Below are positions 38,334 to 55,894 of a stretch of 64,000 nt of DNA, piece after piece (within the stretch, counting starts at the first letter, position 1; each line of letters begins with the position of its first letter). The translations under genes were made by a program, and so were the position numbers. The notes beneath the pieces are model-generated. The model saw only the letters and a list, made by a program, of their open reading frames with translations, searched no databases and was not told the origin of the DNA. The stretch is from a candidate division WOR-3 bacterium (GTDB taxonomy: Bacteria > Hydrothermota > Hydrothermia > LBFQ01), in NCBI GenBank assembly GCA_039802605.1, contig JBDRWW010000001.1, forward strand, positions 96,001 to 160,000, given 5' to 3'.

Positions 38334-40001
38334 CTACCTTTCCAACCTCGGCATTTTGATGTTAAACCTCTTAGCGGTTTCTATCGCCTCCTCATAACCC
38401 GCATCCGCATGCCTAACTATACCCAAACCAACATCGTTTGTTAAAACCCTTTCAAGTCTCTTATATGTCTCCTTTTCACCATCGGCAACTATAACCATAC
38501 CGGCGTGTAATGAATAGCCTATTCCAACACCTCCACCGTGGTGGAAAGATACCCAAGATGCCCCAGAAGAGGCATTTAGCAGCGCGTTCAATATAGGCCA
38601 GTCTGCTATTGCATCGGATCCGTCCTTCATACCCTCCGTTTCCCTATAAGGTGAAGCAACCGAACCCGTATCGTGATGATCCCTACCTATTACCACAGGT
38701 GCTTTAACCTCGCCTTTTTCAACCAACCTATTTATAGCCTCCCCCATTTTTGCCCTTTCACCCATACCCAGCCAGCAAATCCTAGCGGGTAATCCTTGAA
38801 ATTTCACCTTTTCCCTTGCCATCTTTATCCACCTGTGAAGGTGGGGGTCATCAAACAATTTTAAAACCTCTTCATCTATACGGTATATATCTTCCGGTTC
38901 TCCGGATAAAGCCACCCACCTGAAAGGACCTTTGCCTATGCTGAAAAGGTCCCTTATAAAAGCGGGGACATATCCGAGAATTTCAAAGGCATCTTTTGCA
39001 CCATACTCATAAGCGAACCTCCTCAGGTTGTTTCCATACTCAAAGGTTATTGCCCCTTCCCTTTTCATCTTAACCAAATATTCGACATGTTCGGCAGCGC
39101 TTTCCCCCGCGGCATTTATATATCCCTCCGGATCCCTTTTCCTCCATTCAACAACCCTTTTCATCCCATCCTCACCCCAAAACCCCTTAGGTATATATCC
39201 ATTTAGAGGGTCGTGTGCCGCTGTTTGATCCGTGAGTAAATCGGGTAAAAATCCTTTTTTGTACAACTCCTTTATTACATCAACTATATTACCGAGTAAT
39301 CCCACCGATAGGGGTTTCTTGTTTTTCTTTGCGTCTTCCGCAAGGCGCAGGGCCTCATCAAGACTAGTTGTCCAAGTATCCAAATACCCCGTCTTTATTC
39401 TCCTCTCAATGGCCCAAGGATTCGCCTCAACGGCCAACATAATGGCACCAGCCATAGTAGCCGCCAAGGGTTGAGCCCCTCCCATCTCTCCCAATCCCGC
39501 GGTTAATATAACCCTTCCGGATAAATCCCCGTTAAAGTGTTTTTTGGCAGCCGCAACAAATGTTTCATATGTTCCCTGTAAAATCCCCTGGGTACCTATG
39601 TATATCCAACTCCCAGCTGTCATCTGCCCGTACATTATTAAACCCCTTTCTTCAAGCTCGTTGAAGTATTCCCAAGTAGCCCATTTGGGTACCAAATTTG
39701 AGTTTGCTATCAAAACCCTCGGAGCCCACTCGTGTGTTCTGAAAACCGCCACCGGTTTTCCGCTTTGTACCAAAAGGGTTTCATCCGGTTCCAATTCGTC
39801 TAAGGTTTTAACAATTGCCCAAAAATCTTCCCAGGTCCTCGCCGCCTTACCTTTTCCCCCATACACTATGAGATTAACGGGATCCTTTGCAACCTCTGGA
39901 TCCAAATTGTTCATAAGCATCCTTTTTGCCGCCTCTGCGGCCCATGTTTTTGCAGTTTTCTTATTTCCCCTAGGTGCCCTTATTGGTTTGTATTCCACCA
40001 T
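38334..40001 (-). CDS. hutU: Urocanate hydratase
   Basis: [61 protein letters not shown]; 9 nt after CAGCCT-TAAAAT. Confidence 0.98.
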   Translation of the reverse strand: MVEYKPIRAPRGNKKTAKTWAAEAAKRMLMNNLDPEVAKDPVNLIVYGGKGKAARTWEDFWAIVKTLDELEPDETLLVQSGKPVAVFRTHEWAPRVLIANSNLVPKWATWEYFNELEERGLIMYGQMTAGSWIYIGTQGILQGTYETFVAAAKKHFNGDLSGRVILTAGLGEMGGAQPLAATMAGAIMLAVEANPWAIERRIKTGYLDTWTTSLDEALRLAEDAKKNKKPLSVGLLGNIVDVIKELYKKGFLPDLLTDQTAAHDPLNGYIPKGFWGEDGMKRVVEWRKRDPEGYINAAGESAAEHVEYLVKMKREGAITFEYGNNLRRFAYEYGAKDAFEILGYVPAFIRDLFSIGKGPFRWVALSGEPEDIYRIDEEVLKLFDDPHLHRWIKMAREKVKFQGLPARICWLGMGERAKMGEAINRLVEKGEVKAPVVIGRDHHDTGSVASPYRETEGMKDGSDAIADWPILNALLNASSGASWVSFHHGGGVGIGYSLHAGMVIVADGEKETYKRLERVLTNDVGLGIVRHADAGYEEAIETAKRFNIKMPRLER

Positions 40002-40013
40002 AGTCCTATAATT

Positions 40014-40934
40014 TTAAGGCTGTCCTCTTCTTATATACTTTTTTATCTTCCTAACCTCATCGTAAATGGATGCCACCACCTCCCCGAGTAATCCCAAAAC
40101 CCAGAATATGGTTCCCAATATTATTAACAACAAAACCAAAAAGAGTAAAGGCCTATAACCATGCCCCATTAGTCGGAGTATTAATGCTATAACTCCGGTA
40201 ATAAAACCCGTGAAAAAGAAGACAATACCTATTCCACCAAATGTTAATAGGGGTTTTTGTATAAATACAGTATAAAGTTTTACCGCTATCAAATCCGCAA
40301 CGCCCACAAATATCCTCCCCATACCCCTATACTTTGAAACACCGTATAGTCTTGGCCTTAGGGTTATTTCAATTTCTCCAACAGAATATCCGTAAACCCA
40401 AGCCAAAGCCACTATATACCTATGCCACTCTTTACGCAAAGGTATATCTTCAAGGACTTCCCTCTTTACAACCTTTAAAGAATTCATATCGGATACCGGA
40501 ACACCGAACAACCACCTATTCATAAGGTTATAAACCTGTGAAACAAAAGCTTTTTCGTATTTTCCGACCTTCTTTCCGGTAACCAAATCGTATCCGTTTT
40601 TCTCCATATGATCTACCATTCTAACCACATCTTCAACTTTGAATTGCAAATCCGCATCCAATATTGCTATGTATTCCCCAGAGGATATATAAAAGCCGGT
40701 CATTATCGCGGCGCTCTTTCCAAGGTTTCGCGAATGTTTTGCGACTTTAAGAAAATTGTAATCCTTTAAATATTTTTTTACTTCCTCATAAGTTCCATCG
40801 GTTGAACCATCATCAACATATATAACCTCCCAATCTTTCAAACCATATTTATCAAACACCTCCTTACATTCATCCAACAACGGTCTTACATTTTCCCTCT
40901 CGTTATAAGCCGGAACTATTATTGATACCTTCAC
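40014..40934 (-). CDS. Polyprenol-phosphate glycosyltransferase (GT2, GtrB/ArnC-like)
   Basis: SIIVPAYNE, VDDGSTD.T, RN.GK..A, LDADLQ, R..G.SKY, two C-terminal TM helices. Confidence 0.88.
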   Translation of the reverse strand: MKVSIIVPAYNERENVRPLLDECKEVFDKYGLKDWEVIYVDDGSTDGTYEEVKKYLKDYNFLKVAKHSRNLGKSAAIMTGFYISSGEYIAILDADLQFKVEDVVRMVDHMEKNGYDLVTGKKVGKYEKAFVSQVYNLMNRWLFGVPVSDMNSLKVVKREVLEDIPLRKEWHRYIVALAWVYGYSVGEIEITLRPRLYGVSKYRGMGRIFVGVADLIAVKLYTVFIQKPLLTFGGIGIVFFFTGFITGVIALILRLMGHGYRPLLFLVLLLIILGTIFWVLGLLGEVVASIYDEVRKIKKYIRRGQP

Positions 40935-40943
40935 AAAACGGAT

Positions 40944-40998
40944 ATTTTAAAGTGGTGGTAAAGATACTATTAGACAACTTGAATTTCACCCTTAAAAT
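40944..40998. promoter_or_regulatory. Divergent -10 boxes for the GT2 gene and the acidic-repeat ORF
   Basis: Minus strand: CCACTT-TAAAAT (40955-40944), 9 nt before GTG 40934. Plus strand: CACCCT-TAAAAT (40987-40998), 10 nt before ATG 41009. Confidence 0.6.
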
Positions 40999-41008
40999 AC
41001 CCGTCTCT

Positions 41009-41230
41009 ATGAAAGGGCTTTTTTCTCTTAGCCATTTGCACATGGAGGATATGGAGAGGCTTTTGCGCATAAAGGCTCAGGAGGAGGACTGGGAGGAAGA
41101 GGAGGATTGGGACGAGGAAGATTGGGAAGAGGAAGAATGGGACGAAGAATGGGATGAGGAAGAGTGGGAGGATGAGGATTGGGATGAAGAAGAATGGGAT
41201 GAGGAGGACTGGGAGGAAGAGGAAGAATAG
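41009..41230 (+). CDS. 73-aa protein with a 49-residue Asp/Glu/Trp-only repeat tail
   Basis: MKGLFSLSHLHMEDMERLLRIKAQ followed by EEDWEEEEDWDEEDWEEEEWDEEWDEEEWEDEDWDEEEWDEEDWEEEEE; own -10 box; synonymous codon variation within the repeats. Confidence 0.7.
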   Translation: MKGLFSLSHLHMEDMERLLRIKAQEEDWEEEEDWDEEDWEEEEWDEEWDEEEWEDEDWDEEEWDEEDWEEEEE

Positions 41231-41313
41231 TTGCGGGCAGTTTCCAGATATTTACCGATTTTTAGGAGGTAATAAAGCGCGCCGGTGAAGCAATACCCCT
41301 TTATAATTTTCGT

Positions 41314-41841
41314 ATGCGCGTCATAGTAGGGGTAAGGAATAAGGTATGGATTTGGATAGCTTTTTGGAATATAACGCTTATTTTGTCCTCGGGTATTTCA
41401 ATACCACTTCCCTTCTCACCAGTCCCCATAACCCTACAAACCCTTATTCTAATCCTAACAATTTTATCCCTTGGAAAAATGGCCTATATTCCCGTATTGG
41501 CGTATATAACCGAAGGGGCTTTGGGTCTTCCGGTGTTTGCGGGTTGGACAGGGGGCATATGGAAATTGTTGGGTCCAACGGGTGGATATATACTCGGTTT
41601 TTTGGTATCGTCCCTTATAGTAGGTTATATGTGGGAAATCTTGGGAAAGCGCGAAAAATTCATCATACCCTTGGGATTCCTCGTACATCTCATAATATAC
41701 TTCTTCGGCGTCATACAGCTCTCAATATTTACCGGATGGAATAATGTCTTAGCCTTAGGCGTTTTACCCTTTTTGTACGGGGATACCCTAAAAGTTATAA
41801 CATCTTACCTCATATTTAAGGGTTGGAAGGCCTATACATAG
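41314..41841 (+). CDS. bioY: Biotin transporter BioY
   Basis: PFSPVPITLQT, G.LGLPVF.G, GPTGGYI.GF, GVLPF..GD..K; 6 nt after CCCCTT-TATAAT. Confidence 0.92.
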   Translation: MRVIVGVRNKVWIWIAFWNITLILSSGISIPLPFSPVPITLQTLILILTILSLGKMAYIPVLAYITEGALGLPVFAGWTGGIWKLLGPTGGYILGFLVSSLIVGYMWEILGKREKFIIPLGFLVHLIIYFFGVIQLSIFTGWNNVLALGVLPFLYGDTLKVITSYLIFKGWKAYT

Positions 41842-42527
41842 GTATTATCACTTTTAGCGTTCTCCTTTCGGGTCTGGTTTCATCCTTTGAGATGGTTTAT
41901 ATTAGAAAATCACCCCTTTTCTCAATTTTTGAAAAACATCTGCACGATAGGACGGGAATACTCGCGACAGTGTTGTTTTGGAATACATTCGCCTTGGTTC
42001 TGGGTACAGTTCATATATACAAACTCTTGCACCTTTTGAAAATTCCGTATGATATTTTGATTTCCGGATTCGGAGGGGCCTTCATATTCACGATATTTGG
42101 GGATCTAATCCCAAAGGTTTTGGCGGTAATATGGACGGAAAATATGTTCAAGGTTTTGGTATATCCCTTTATGTTTTTATACCTTATATTACGAACCTTG
42201 GGCATAACGAATTTGGCATCAAAAATATTAACATCTAAGTATTCAAGGCAAGAGGTTTTGGATTTCCTAATTTCAAACTTGAAACAGTATATGGACGAAA
42301 GCGATATAAACTTTATCCGTTCCGTGGCAGAGCACCTGCACAAACCGGCTAAGAACTATGTTGTAATAGGACTAAACGGGACGGATTTTGTAGTTGATGA
42401 AAACCTCTTATGCTTGGATGTTTTGAGTTTTATGAGAAAAAGGGGGATAACGAGGGTTCGCATTGGTAATGTGGGGGTATTTGATTTACACGAATTTATA
42501 AAAACCATAGTAAAATCTCACCTTTAA
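41823..42527 (+). CDS. Shortened CNNM/DUF21 membrane protein
   Basis: LSG..S..E, L.T.L..N, IFGDLIPK..A motif; C-terminal CBS region reduced or degenerate. Confidence 0.6.
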   Translation: MEGLYIGIITFSVLLSGLVSSFEMVYIRKSPLFSIFEKHLHDRTGILATVLFWNTFALVLGTVHIYKLLHLLKIPYDILISGFGGAFIFTIFGDLIPKVLAVIWTENMFKVLVYPFMFLYLILRTLGITNLASKILTSKYSRQEVLDFLISNLKQYMDESDINFIRSVAEHLHKPAKNYVVIGLNGTDFVVDENLLCLDVLSFMRKRGITRVRIGNVGVFDLHEFIKTIVKSHL

Positions 42528-42541
42528 AATACCTTCCCTAT

Positions 42542-43504
42542 ATGGAAGTTATTATTCCTGCGGCCGGTTTTGCAAAGAGGATGAGGCCGCTTTCCTTTAC
42601 TAGACCAAAGGCCATTATGCCCGTAGCGGGCAAACCAATAATCGGCCATATCCTTGACGAAATTAAAGGATTAGAACCCAAGATACATTTGGTAATAGGG
42701 GAAAACGGCAAAGTAATATACGATTATGTTAGGGATATGGGGTTTAGTGTAGATTATGTAGTGCAAAAGGATATGCTCGGATTGGGTTATGCAATATATT
42801 TAACAAGAGGGCTTATAAAATCCGAAAAGGTTCTAGTTATCTTGGGTGATACCCCTTTCAAAATGGAAAACCTATCAAAAGAGATAGAGATGGGAGACTT
42901 TGTGGCCGTTAAGGAGGTTTTTAATCCGCAAAGGTTTGGGGTTGTTAGGGTTGAGGGGGGAAGGATAGTGGATATGGTTGAAAAACCGTTGAATCCCCCA
43001 TCAAACCTCGCAATAGTTGGGGTATATTATTTTTCAAATGTTTCCCTCTTATTTGAGGCCTTGGATTACATAATTTCTAACGACATACGCACAAAGGACG
43101 AATACCAATTAACCGATGCCATGAGGCATATGATAGGTAAGGGTTGGAAACCCAGACCCGTTAAGGTAGATGAATGGCTGGACTGCGGAACATTAGACCA
43201 GATAATAATCTCGCAAAGGGAACTCTTAAAGCATAACCAACACTATGTTTCACGTGAAACGGTTCAAGTGATTGAACCCGTGTGGATTTCCGACGATGCA
43301 GAAATAGAGAACAGCGTCATAGGTCCCAATGTGCATATTGATAAAGGTTGCGTTATAAAAAACTCCATAATATCAAACAGCATTATATATCCCGGTTGTA
43401 AAATTGAAAATTCGGTAATAAACGACTCCATAATCGGGGAAAACTCGGAAATAAGCGGTTTCGTCGGAAAGATAAGGATAGGTGATTATTCCTATGTGGG
43501 TTGA
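42542..43504 (+). CDS. Sugar-phosphate nucleotidyltransferase with C-terminal hexapeptide repeats
   Basis: IPAAG.AKRMRPL...RPK...VAGKP, GLG.A, LGD, EKP, EYQLTD, WLDCG; I.NS.IG repeats. Confidence 0.88.
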   Translation: MEVIIPAAGFAKRMRPLSFTRPKAIMPVAGKPIIGHILDEIKGLEPKIHLVIGENGKVIYDYVRDMGFSVDYVVQKDMLGLGYAIYLTRGLIKSEKVLVILGDTPFKMENLSKEIEMGDFVAVKEVFNPQRFGVVRVEGGRIVDMVEKPLNPPSNLAIVGVYYFSNVSLLFEALDYIISNDIRTKDEYQLTDAMRHMIGKGWKPRPVKVDEWLDCGTLDQIIISQRELLKHNQHYVSRETVQVIEPVWISDDAEIENSVIGPNVHIDKGCVIKNSIISNSIIYPGCKIENSVINDSIIGENSEISGFVGKIRIGDYSYVG

Positions 43505-43913
43505 TATAGGATATATGTTAATCGCCGGCTGGTTGGGTATATCCCTCTTTTTTACCGCCGTTATAACCCCATCGGCGTTTAAAGGGATACCATCCGATAA
43601 AGTGGGCGATTTCTTGGGATTGATTTTTCCAAAATATTATAAGTGGGGTATGTTTCTTTTCCTAGTTTCATTTGCCATTTTTCTGTTTTCACGAGAATAT
43701 ATACAATCGTTTCTATCCTTTATAGGTCTTTTGTTCATGATATTTGCCGAAATCCTGAGGATTCGCATAAGGAAAACCCGTATGCAACTTAGGGAAAACC
43801 CCACGGATACCGAGCTAAAAAGGCTTTTCATCGACTTACACAGGTTCTCCGCCTATTGTAATTTTACATCCTTAACGGCATCGGTATTAATAATAGTTCT
43901 AAAATGGTTTTAG
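43494..43913 (+). CDS. DUF4149/TMEM205-like membrane protein
   Basis: W.G...FF..V..P..F, G......FP.YY, F..LH..S...N motifs; four TM helices. Confidence 0.7.
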   Translation: MWVDIGYMLIAGWLGISLFFTAVITPSAFKGIPSDKVGDFLGLIFPKYYKWGMFLFLVSFAIFLFSREYIQSFLSFIGLLFMIFAEILRIRIRKTRMQLRENPTDTELKRLFIDLHRFSAYCNFTSLTASVLIIVLKWF

Positions 43914-45251
43914 CCTTTTACTATATGTGGTATTCCTCGGGGAAATGGGGTGATGCGACATACACACCTTTGGAGTTTTACACTTCAACGGATTATAAAA
44001 CATTAAGAAGGCACTGTAATGAGGCTAAGTATGCCCAAATAGACGGTTTTATAATATCATTCTGGGGTGTTCACGAGATAAACGGATTGGAAATTGCCTC
44101 AAAGGTATTTGAAAAGTGCGGGTTGAAATATACGGTTTATATTGAAACCGGCAAATCCGCCCGAGATGTTATAAACCAGGTGGATACCGTATTGAAACTT
44201 TTCGGGAAAAGGAAGGGATTTTTAAGGATAAACGAAAAGCCGGTAGTATTTTTATACGGTAGGGTCATTGATAATTTGAATACCGTTCAGCTGGATAGCA
44301 TATCAAGGACGTTTAAAGATATTTTAATATTCGCGGATGAGAGGGGGCAGACAACAAACATTTTGTTTAGGAATTTGCATAAGTATATCATTTTAAGCAG
44401 GGATACCAACTTTTATAAAAACTTTTGTAAATTTGCAATAGGATATTGTGCCGTTCCGGTATCCCCGGGTTTTAAAATGAAAAATAGGGATAAGCCATAT
44501 GTTCCGCATGAAAACGGAAGGTTTTACACGGATGTATTGAAATTGGCGATTAATTCGGATGCCGATATATTACTAATAACCTCCTTTAACGAATGGTGGG
44601 AGGGGACAAATATAGAGCCGTCCAAAGAGTTTGGAAATTTGTATTTAAAAATAACGAGAAGATACGCGGGGATTTTTAAGAAGACCCGTAAGGAAAACAA
44701 AAGGAAATTTAACGAAAACATAAGTATTCCAAAGTTTAAAAACAAGGCCTGTTTTATTTCCGATCCAAAGGATTTTACCCCATTGATTTTTGAGGAATTG
44801 GAAATATTTACAAAACCCCAGGAATTAAGAGGTTGCGACTTAATTATATACGCCACCGGTGAATATTACGATACCCTTTGGAATCCCTTTATAAAGGATT
44901 ATTTAAACAATGGCGGGAAAATGCTAATAACTGGGGGCCCTTTCCCGTTTTATTACGATATTTCGGGGAGATATGTCAATATGGCGGATAGGTTTGGTTT
45001 GAAATTGGGTGTAATTGATGATAACACTCTACTCGGAGAATCCAAGACTTTTCTGATAGGTGAGGGGGATTCCGTGGAATTCTTACCTTTTGGGGAGAGG
45101 AGGATAAGGGATTTAAGGGATTACGATGAAAAGTTTTACGAGATTTTGGTGTGTAATCGGGATTGTAAGGGGTTTGTGGTAAGTGGGAGGAAGGGGAATA
45201 TATATTATGTTTGGAAGGGTTTGGTTGATAGCCCATATGGTGTAAAAATCG

Positions 45252-51742
<6,491 letters not shown>

Positions 51743-51746
<4 letters not shown>

Positions 51747-53302
51747 TCGGCACGCTTTAGCTCTTCTATTTTTAATCCGTCCTGTGTTGTTTGAATGAGG
51801 ACTTTTACCAAGGTATCCTGTGAATACAAACCCAAGTATCCGTGATCGTCTATAACCCTAACCCCAAGCAATTGGTTGTTTATCTCGCCGAGTTTTCCCT
51901 TAACCAAGACAAATACATTTAAACCCAGATAACCAACTTTACCCAAGTCTTTAAAAAACTTTTCATTTACATCCGATACATCAACGGTTAAGTCTGCAGA
52001 GGATTCGGTATAATCCATCTCTCCCAATTGCAAAAAGTACTCATCTAATTCCTCCATTAAACTCGGCAAAAAGGCCTCATCCATGCTGAAACCCGAGGCG
52101 AGTTTGTGCCCGCCATAATCTATAAGCATCCAAGAAATGTGCTCCAAAAGGTTTAGGGTATCAAATCCCTGGGGAGCCCTTATTTCTCCGATAATTTTTC
52201 CGTCACTCCTCCTCCCAAGCGCTATAACGGGTATTTTAAATTTTTCCTTTAATCTACTCGCTATATATCCCAAATATCCAGAACCCTTTTTACCCAAATC
52301 CACAAGAATGTAAGGCCTTGAAACGGATATTTCGCTTAGGATTTTTTCAAGTAAACTTTCCGCACCCTTATACCATAGATCGGATAGCGTTATAAGCCTT
52401 TTCATAATATCTTCAGCAGTGTTCATATCCTCACTTAAAAGTAGTTCCACACCTTCGTGCCTGCTACCCTCCGTACGGGATGATGCTATAACATTCATTA
52501 TATCGTAAAGTGCGGGTTTTTTACCCTTTATGTTTTCATACGCCTTTGCAAAGGGAAAGGTATAGGACAAGAATACTTCCTCAGCCTTGGAATATATGGC
52601 TTTGTTTTCACTAAACAAGGGTACCCTATCGGCTATTATTCCCAGGGAAACCCACACCAAATATTCCGGCTTTTCGGAAACTATATCCTCTAAAGACCAA
52701 TGTTTCATAAGCCTCAACAAATACCAGGCGAATTTAAACGCAACGGCAGAACCCGATAGATAGGGATAAGACCCTCCCCTCTTGGGATTTATGAGGGGAT
52801 AGTTGGGGTTTTCTATAAGGATTTCGTGATGATCGGTTACTATAACCTCTATACCGTATGCATGCGCCTTATCTATATCCTCTTGGGCATTGGTGCAACA
52901 GTCGGTTGTTATTATTAGTTTTACATCGTTCTTCCTCGCGTAATCTAAACCTTCCTCGTTTATGGTGTGTCCCCCAGGTGATTTCTTATCGGGTATGTAG
53001 TAAAAAACCCTACCCCCGCAAGTTTTCAAAGCATCCATAAGGGTGGCAACGCCACTTACACCATCCACATCGTCGTGTCCCCAAACCAAGATATTCTCCT
53101 TTCTCCCTACCACCTTTGCCACTATCTTGGCGGCATTTTCCATATCCGGTATCATTTCGGGGGGAACCAAGTTTTCTATGCTCGGATTAAATGTCACCTC
53201 CAAAAGTATCTCGTCGTTTATACCCTTATCAACCAATATTCTTGCTACCAAAGGATGTATATCCCTCTCCACAATTGCCGATAGAATATCTCCCTTTATC
53301 AC
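51743..53302 (-). CDS. recJ: RecJ-like DHH/DHHA1 exonuclease (divergent)
   Basis: HDDVDG, ITTD, VTDHH, INPK, LSG..VAFK, LG.IAD.VPL..EN, YGGH..A.G. Confidence 0.75.
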
Positions 53303-53305
53303 TTC

Positions 53306-53812
53306 TCACCTCCTTTTTGCGGCATTTATAATATCGCCCAATTTTACCCCCTCCTTTTTGTGTTTATGCGGGACCTTATTCATCTTAACCCCACATACGG
53401 GGCATATACCCAAACAGGTTTCGGAACATATAGGGTTTATAGGCAAAGTGGTTATGAATATATCCCTTATCAATGGCAAAACATCTATTTCATCCCTTTC
53501 TATCGTTAAGGTTTCCACATCTATATCGCTTAACCTTTCCCCACTTTCATAACCCTTTCGTAAGATGTTTTCATCCTCAAATACATATTCCCTTTCAAAT
53601 TCGTCTAAGCACCTGGAACACACAAACTTCATAGTTGTCCTTCCGGAGATTTTGATTTTATAACCTATATCCGTTTTTTGAACCCTTATACTAACATCTA
53701 TATCCTCTAAAATTTCGTATTCCCCCGAATACCCCAAATCATCGGGGGAAAGTGTGGTGCGAAAATCCTTTGGCTCATAACCTATATCCTTTAAAAGTAT
53801 AAAAACCTTCAT
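53306..53812 (-). CDS. YceD/DUF177 family protein
   Basis: CSRCL, P..P.C.E.C.G.CP.CG zinc motif. Confidence 0.85.
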   Translation of the reverse strand: MKVFILLKDIGYEPKDFRTTLSPDDLGYSGEYEILEDIDVSIRVQKTDIGYKIKISGRTTMKFVCSRCLDEFEREYVFEDENILRKGYESGERLSDIDVETLTIERDEIDVLPLIRDIFITTLPINPICSETCLGICPVCGVKMNKVPHKHKKEGVKLGDIINAAKRR

Positions 53813-54195
53813 TTTTTGATTACCTCCTTAAAACTTTTTAGTACCCCCATCACAAAGGATGGGGATTTATCCGAAGAAAAAACGCGGGCAAATGTCCCAT
53901 ATGCGGGTATTATATCATCCGGGCTTTCGCCCATTAACATTTCACACATACCCCCCAGGATTGCCGACCTATCAAGTTCCAAAAGCCTTTCAACCTTCCA
54001 ACCCACGAGAATATACGAAAGTTCCTTTAACACCTCCTCTTTGTTTCTTATATAGAAATCAATTAACTTTTCAAGTTTCTTTATCCCTTCACCTTCAACC
54101 TCTTCACCGAAGTTTTCCAAGAAGGTTTCTTTATCAATTCCGACCAAATTGTCCAAATATATAAACCTTACAAACAACTCCCTAATTTTATCCAT
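53809..54195 (-). CDS. nusB: NusB-like antitermination factor (divergent)
   Basis: GW..ERL..LDR.IL and FV.GVL motifs; the Arg-rich N-terminus is weak. Confidence 0.6.
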   Translation of the reverse strand: MDKIRELFVRFIYLDNLVGIDKETFLENFGEEVEGEGIKKLEKLIDFYIRNKEEVLKELSYILVGWKVERLLELDRSAILGGMCEMLMGESPDDIIPAYGTFARVFSSDKSPSFVMGVLKSFKEVIKK

Positions 54196-55558
54196 CAAAT
54201 CCCTCCACTATTTCAACAGCCTTATTAAAAAACGATGGTGCCACGGAAAAACTCCTAAAACCCAACTTCAATAAAAATTTTAATCCATCCTCGTCGGATG
54301 CTAACGCTCCACATACGCTAACGGGAACTTTACTTTTCTCCTTAATCTCCATTAACACTTTTCCAAAATCCTCGTTTATCTGTTCTTTAATGCTCCCCGC
54401 ACCCCTCGGCCTACCCGTGTATAAAGACCACAAGTCGTTGGTTCCTATACTGAAAAATTTGGCATACCCTTGTATTTTTTCAATTAACCTAACGCTCATT
54501 GGCGTTTCAATCATAAAGCCCAGCCTATCAATGCCCTTTTGTAAGACAACATAATCGTAAAATTCCTTGGCTTCCTCTACAAAAGATATCATGGGTATCA
54601 TTATATACAGGTTCTCGGAACTTTTAACCACATCGAGTAAGGCGTTAAACTTCGGGAGCATATCGTTTAATAACCTTAACGGCGATCTATCGCCTGAAAA
54701 CTTATCACCCCCTATATCAAACGCCCTTATTATAACTTTGGGTTTTACATCAGAGAAAACCTTTAACCTTTCTATCTCCTTTTCCATAAAGAAAAGATAT
54801 TCGGTTCTAAATAACCCAACACCCGTGGAAAACTTTTTTACCCAATATATGTCATCGGGAAAATCCACATTTAATAAGATTTCCACCTCCTCACCCTTAC
54901 GCGTTTTAAACTTGTACCCCTTGTGTTGAGCCAGTTCTATTTCACCTTCAATCGGTTCCCGTGAGATTATACCGTTATCCCCATCAATGTATATATACTC
55001 CCCTTCTTTAAAAATTTCGGGATCAATACCTACAACCGTGGGTATTCCCGCATTTGATAAGATTATAGCAGCATGGGAATCCCTACCCAAATACTTCAAA
55101 ATACAACCCTTTACCCTGTGCTTTCTCAATTTTAATGCCAAGGCCACGGATAATGTTTCACCCACAAATATATAATCCTTGTCATCCTCAATATTTAAAT
55201 GGACAAAGCAAGCCAACTGGGATAAAATATCCTCTATTTCCTTTGCCCTTATGGCAAACATTTGGTTTTCGCCTCTTAACCTATCAATTAATGGCTTTAC
55301 CGCAAGCTTTAATGAGGTTTCGGTATCAAACCCCAAATCCAAAAGATTTTTCAACCTATTCCTAAATACCACATCGCTTAGGAAGGAAGCGACAAATTGA
55401 GAAATAATATCGTTATCCGATTTTATTTCATCTACAACCTTTTCCAAAATGTATGTTATATTTTCCTTGTCGATTTTTTCCTTTTGTAGTTTGATAACAT
55501 AACCCTCCCCTTTACCACCCACGATGGAGGTTCCCAAAATATATTGCTCAGTCTTCAT
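54188..55558 (-). CDS. ptsI: Compact PTS enzyme I (PEP-protein phosphotransferase)
   Basis: SHAAII phospho-His, GVGLFRTEYLF, R.FDIGGDK, MIETP, SIGTNDL, VCG; about 456 aa. Confidence 0.8.
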   Translation of the reverse strand: MKTEQYILGTSIVGGKGEGYVIKLQKEKIDKENITYILEKVVDEIKSDNDIISQFVASFLSDVVFRNRLKNLLDLGFDTETSLKLAVKPLIDRLRGENQMFAIRAKEIEDILSQLACFVHLNIEDDKDYIFVGETLSVALALKLRKHRVKGCILKYLGRDSHAAIILSNAGIPTVVGIDPEIFKEGEYIYIDGDNGIISREPIEGEIELAQHKGYKFKTRKGEEVEILLNVDFPDDIYWVKKFSTGVGLFRTEYLFFMEKEIERLKVFSDVKPKVIIRAFDIGGDKFSGDRSPLRLLNDMLPKFNALLDVVKSSENLYIMIPMISFVEEAKEFYDYVVLQKGIDRLGFMIETPMSVRLIEKIQGYAKFFSIGTNDLWSLYTGRPRGAGSIKEQINEDFGKVLMEIKEKSKVPVSVCGALASDEDGLKFLLKLGFRSFSVAPSFFNKAVEIVEGFDG

Positions 55559-55826
55559 CAAACCCCCTATTTATTAGATCAATCAAAGCATTAATTGCTT
55601 CTTCCGCATCCTCACCTTCCGCCTCAATTTTTAGAACCGTGCCCTTTGGAGCGGCTAACATCATAACCCCAAAAACGCTTTTTGCATTAGCCCTCATACC
55701 ATCCGAAACCCTCTCTATAAAAATCTCGCTTTTAAAATTGCTCGCCAAAGTGGCTATCATAGTACTAGGTCTTGCGTGCAATCCCAATCTATTTTTTAAC
55801 TCTACTTCCCTTACTACCTTTTTCAC
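55548..55826 (-). CDS. ptsH: Phosphocarrier protein HPr
   Basis: GLHARP (His15), NAKS (Ser46), AEGEDAEEA. Confidence 0.95.
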   Translation of the reverse strand: MKKVVREVELKNRLGLHARPSTMIATLASNFKSEIFIERVSDGMRANAKSVFGVMMLAAPKGTVLKIEAEGEDAEEAINALIDLINRGFDED

Positions 55827-55835
55827 CCACTGGGA

Positions 55836-55886
55836 ATTTTAAAGTTGATAAGGTTAGGACGCTAAAATTCATAACACCCTTATAAT
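55836..55886. promoter_or_regulatory. Divergent -10 boxes for ptsH and cmk
   Basis: Minus strand: CAACTT-TAAAAT (55847-55836), 9 nt before GTG 55826. Plus strand: CACCCT-TATAAT (55875-55886), 8 nt before GTG 55895. Confidence 0.65.
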
Positions 55887-55894
55887 ACACCGTT

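Noticed and set aside
41081..41227. Purine-rich tandem repeats as a possible CRISPR array or DNA microsatellite
   Set aside because: No constant repeat with unique spacers; variation is synonymous and in frame, so it is a coding repeat
41009..41313. Trp-rich ORF as an attenuator leader for bioY
   Set aside because: No terminator/antiterminator hairpins were seen, bioY has its own -10 box, and biotin uptake is unrelated to Trp. An AGGAGGT at about 41264 has no suitably spaced start codon.
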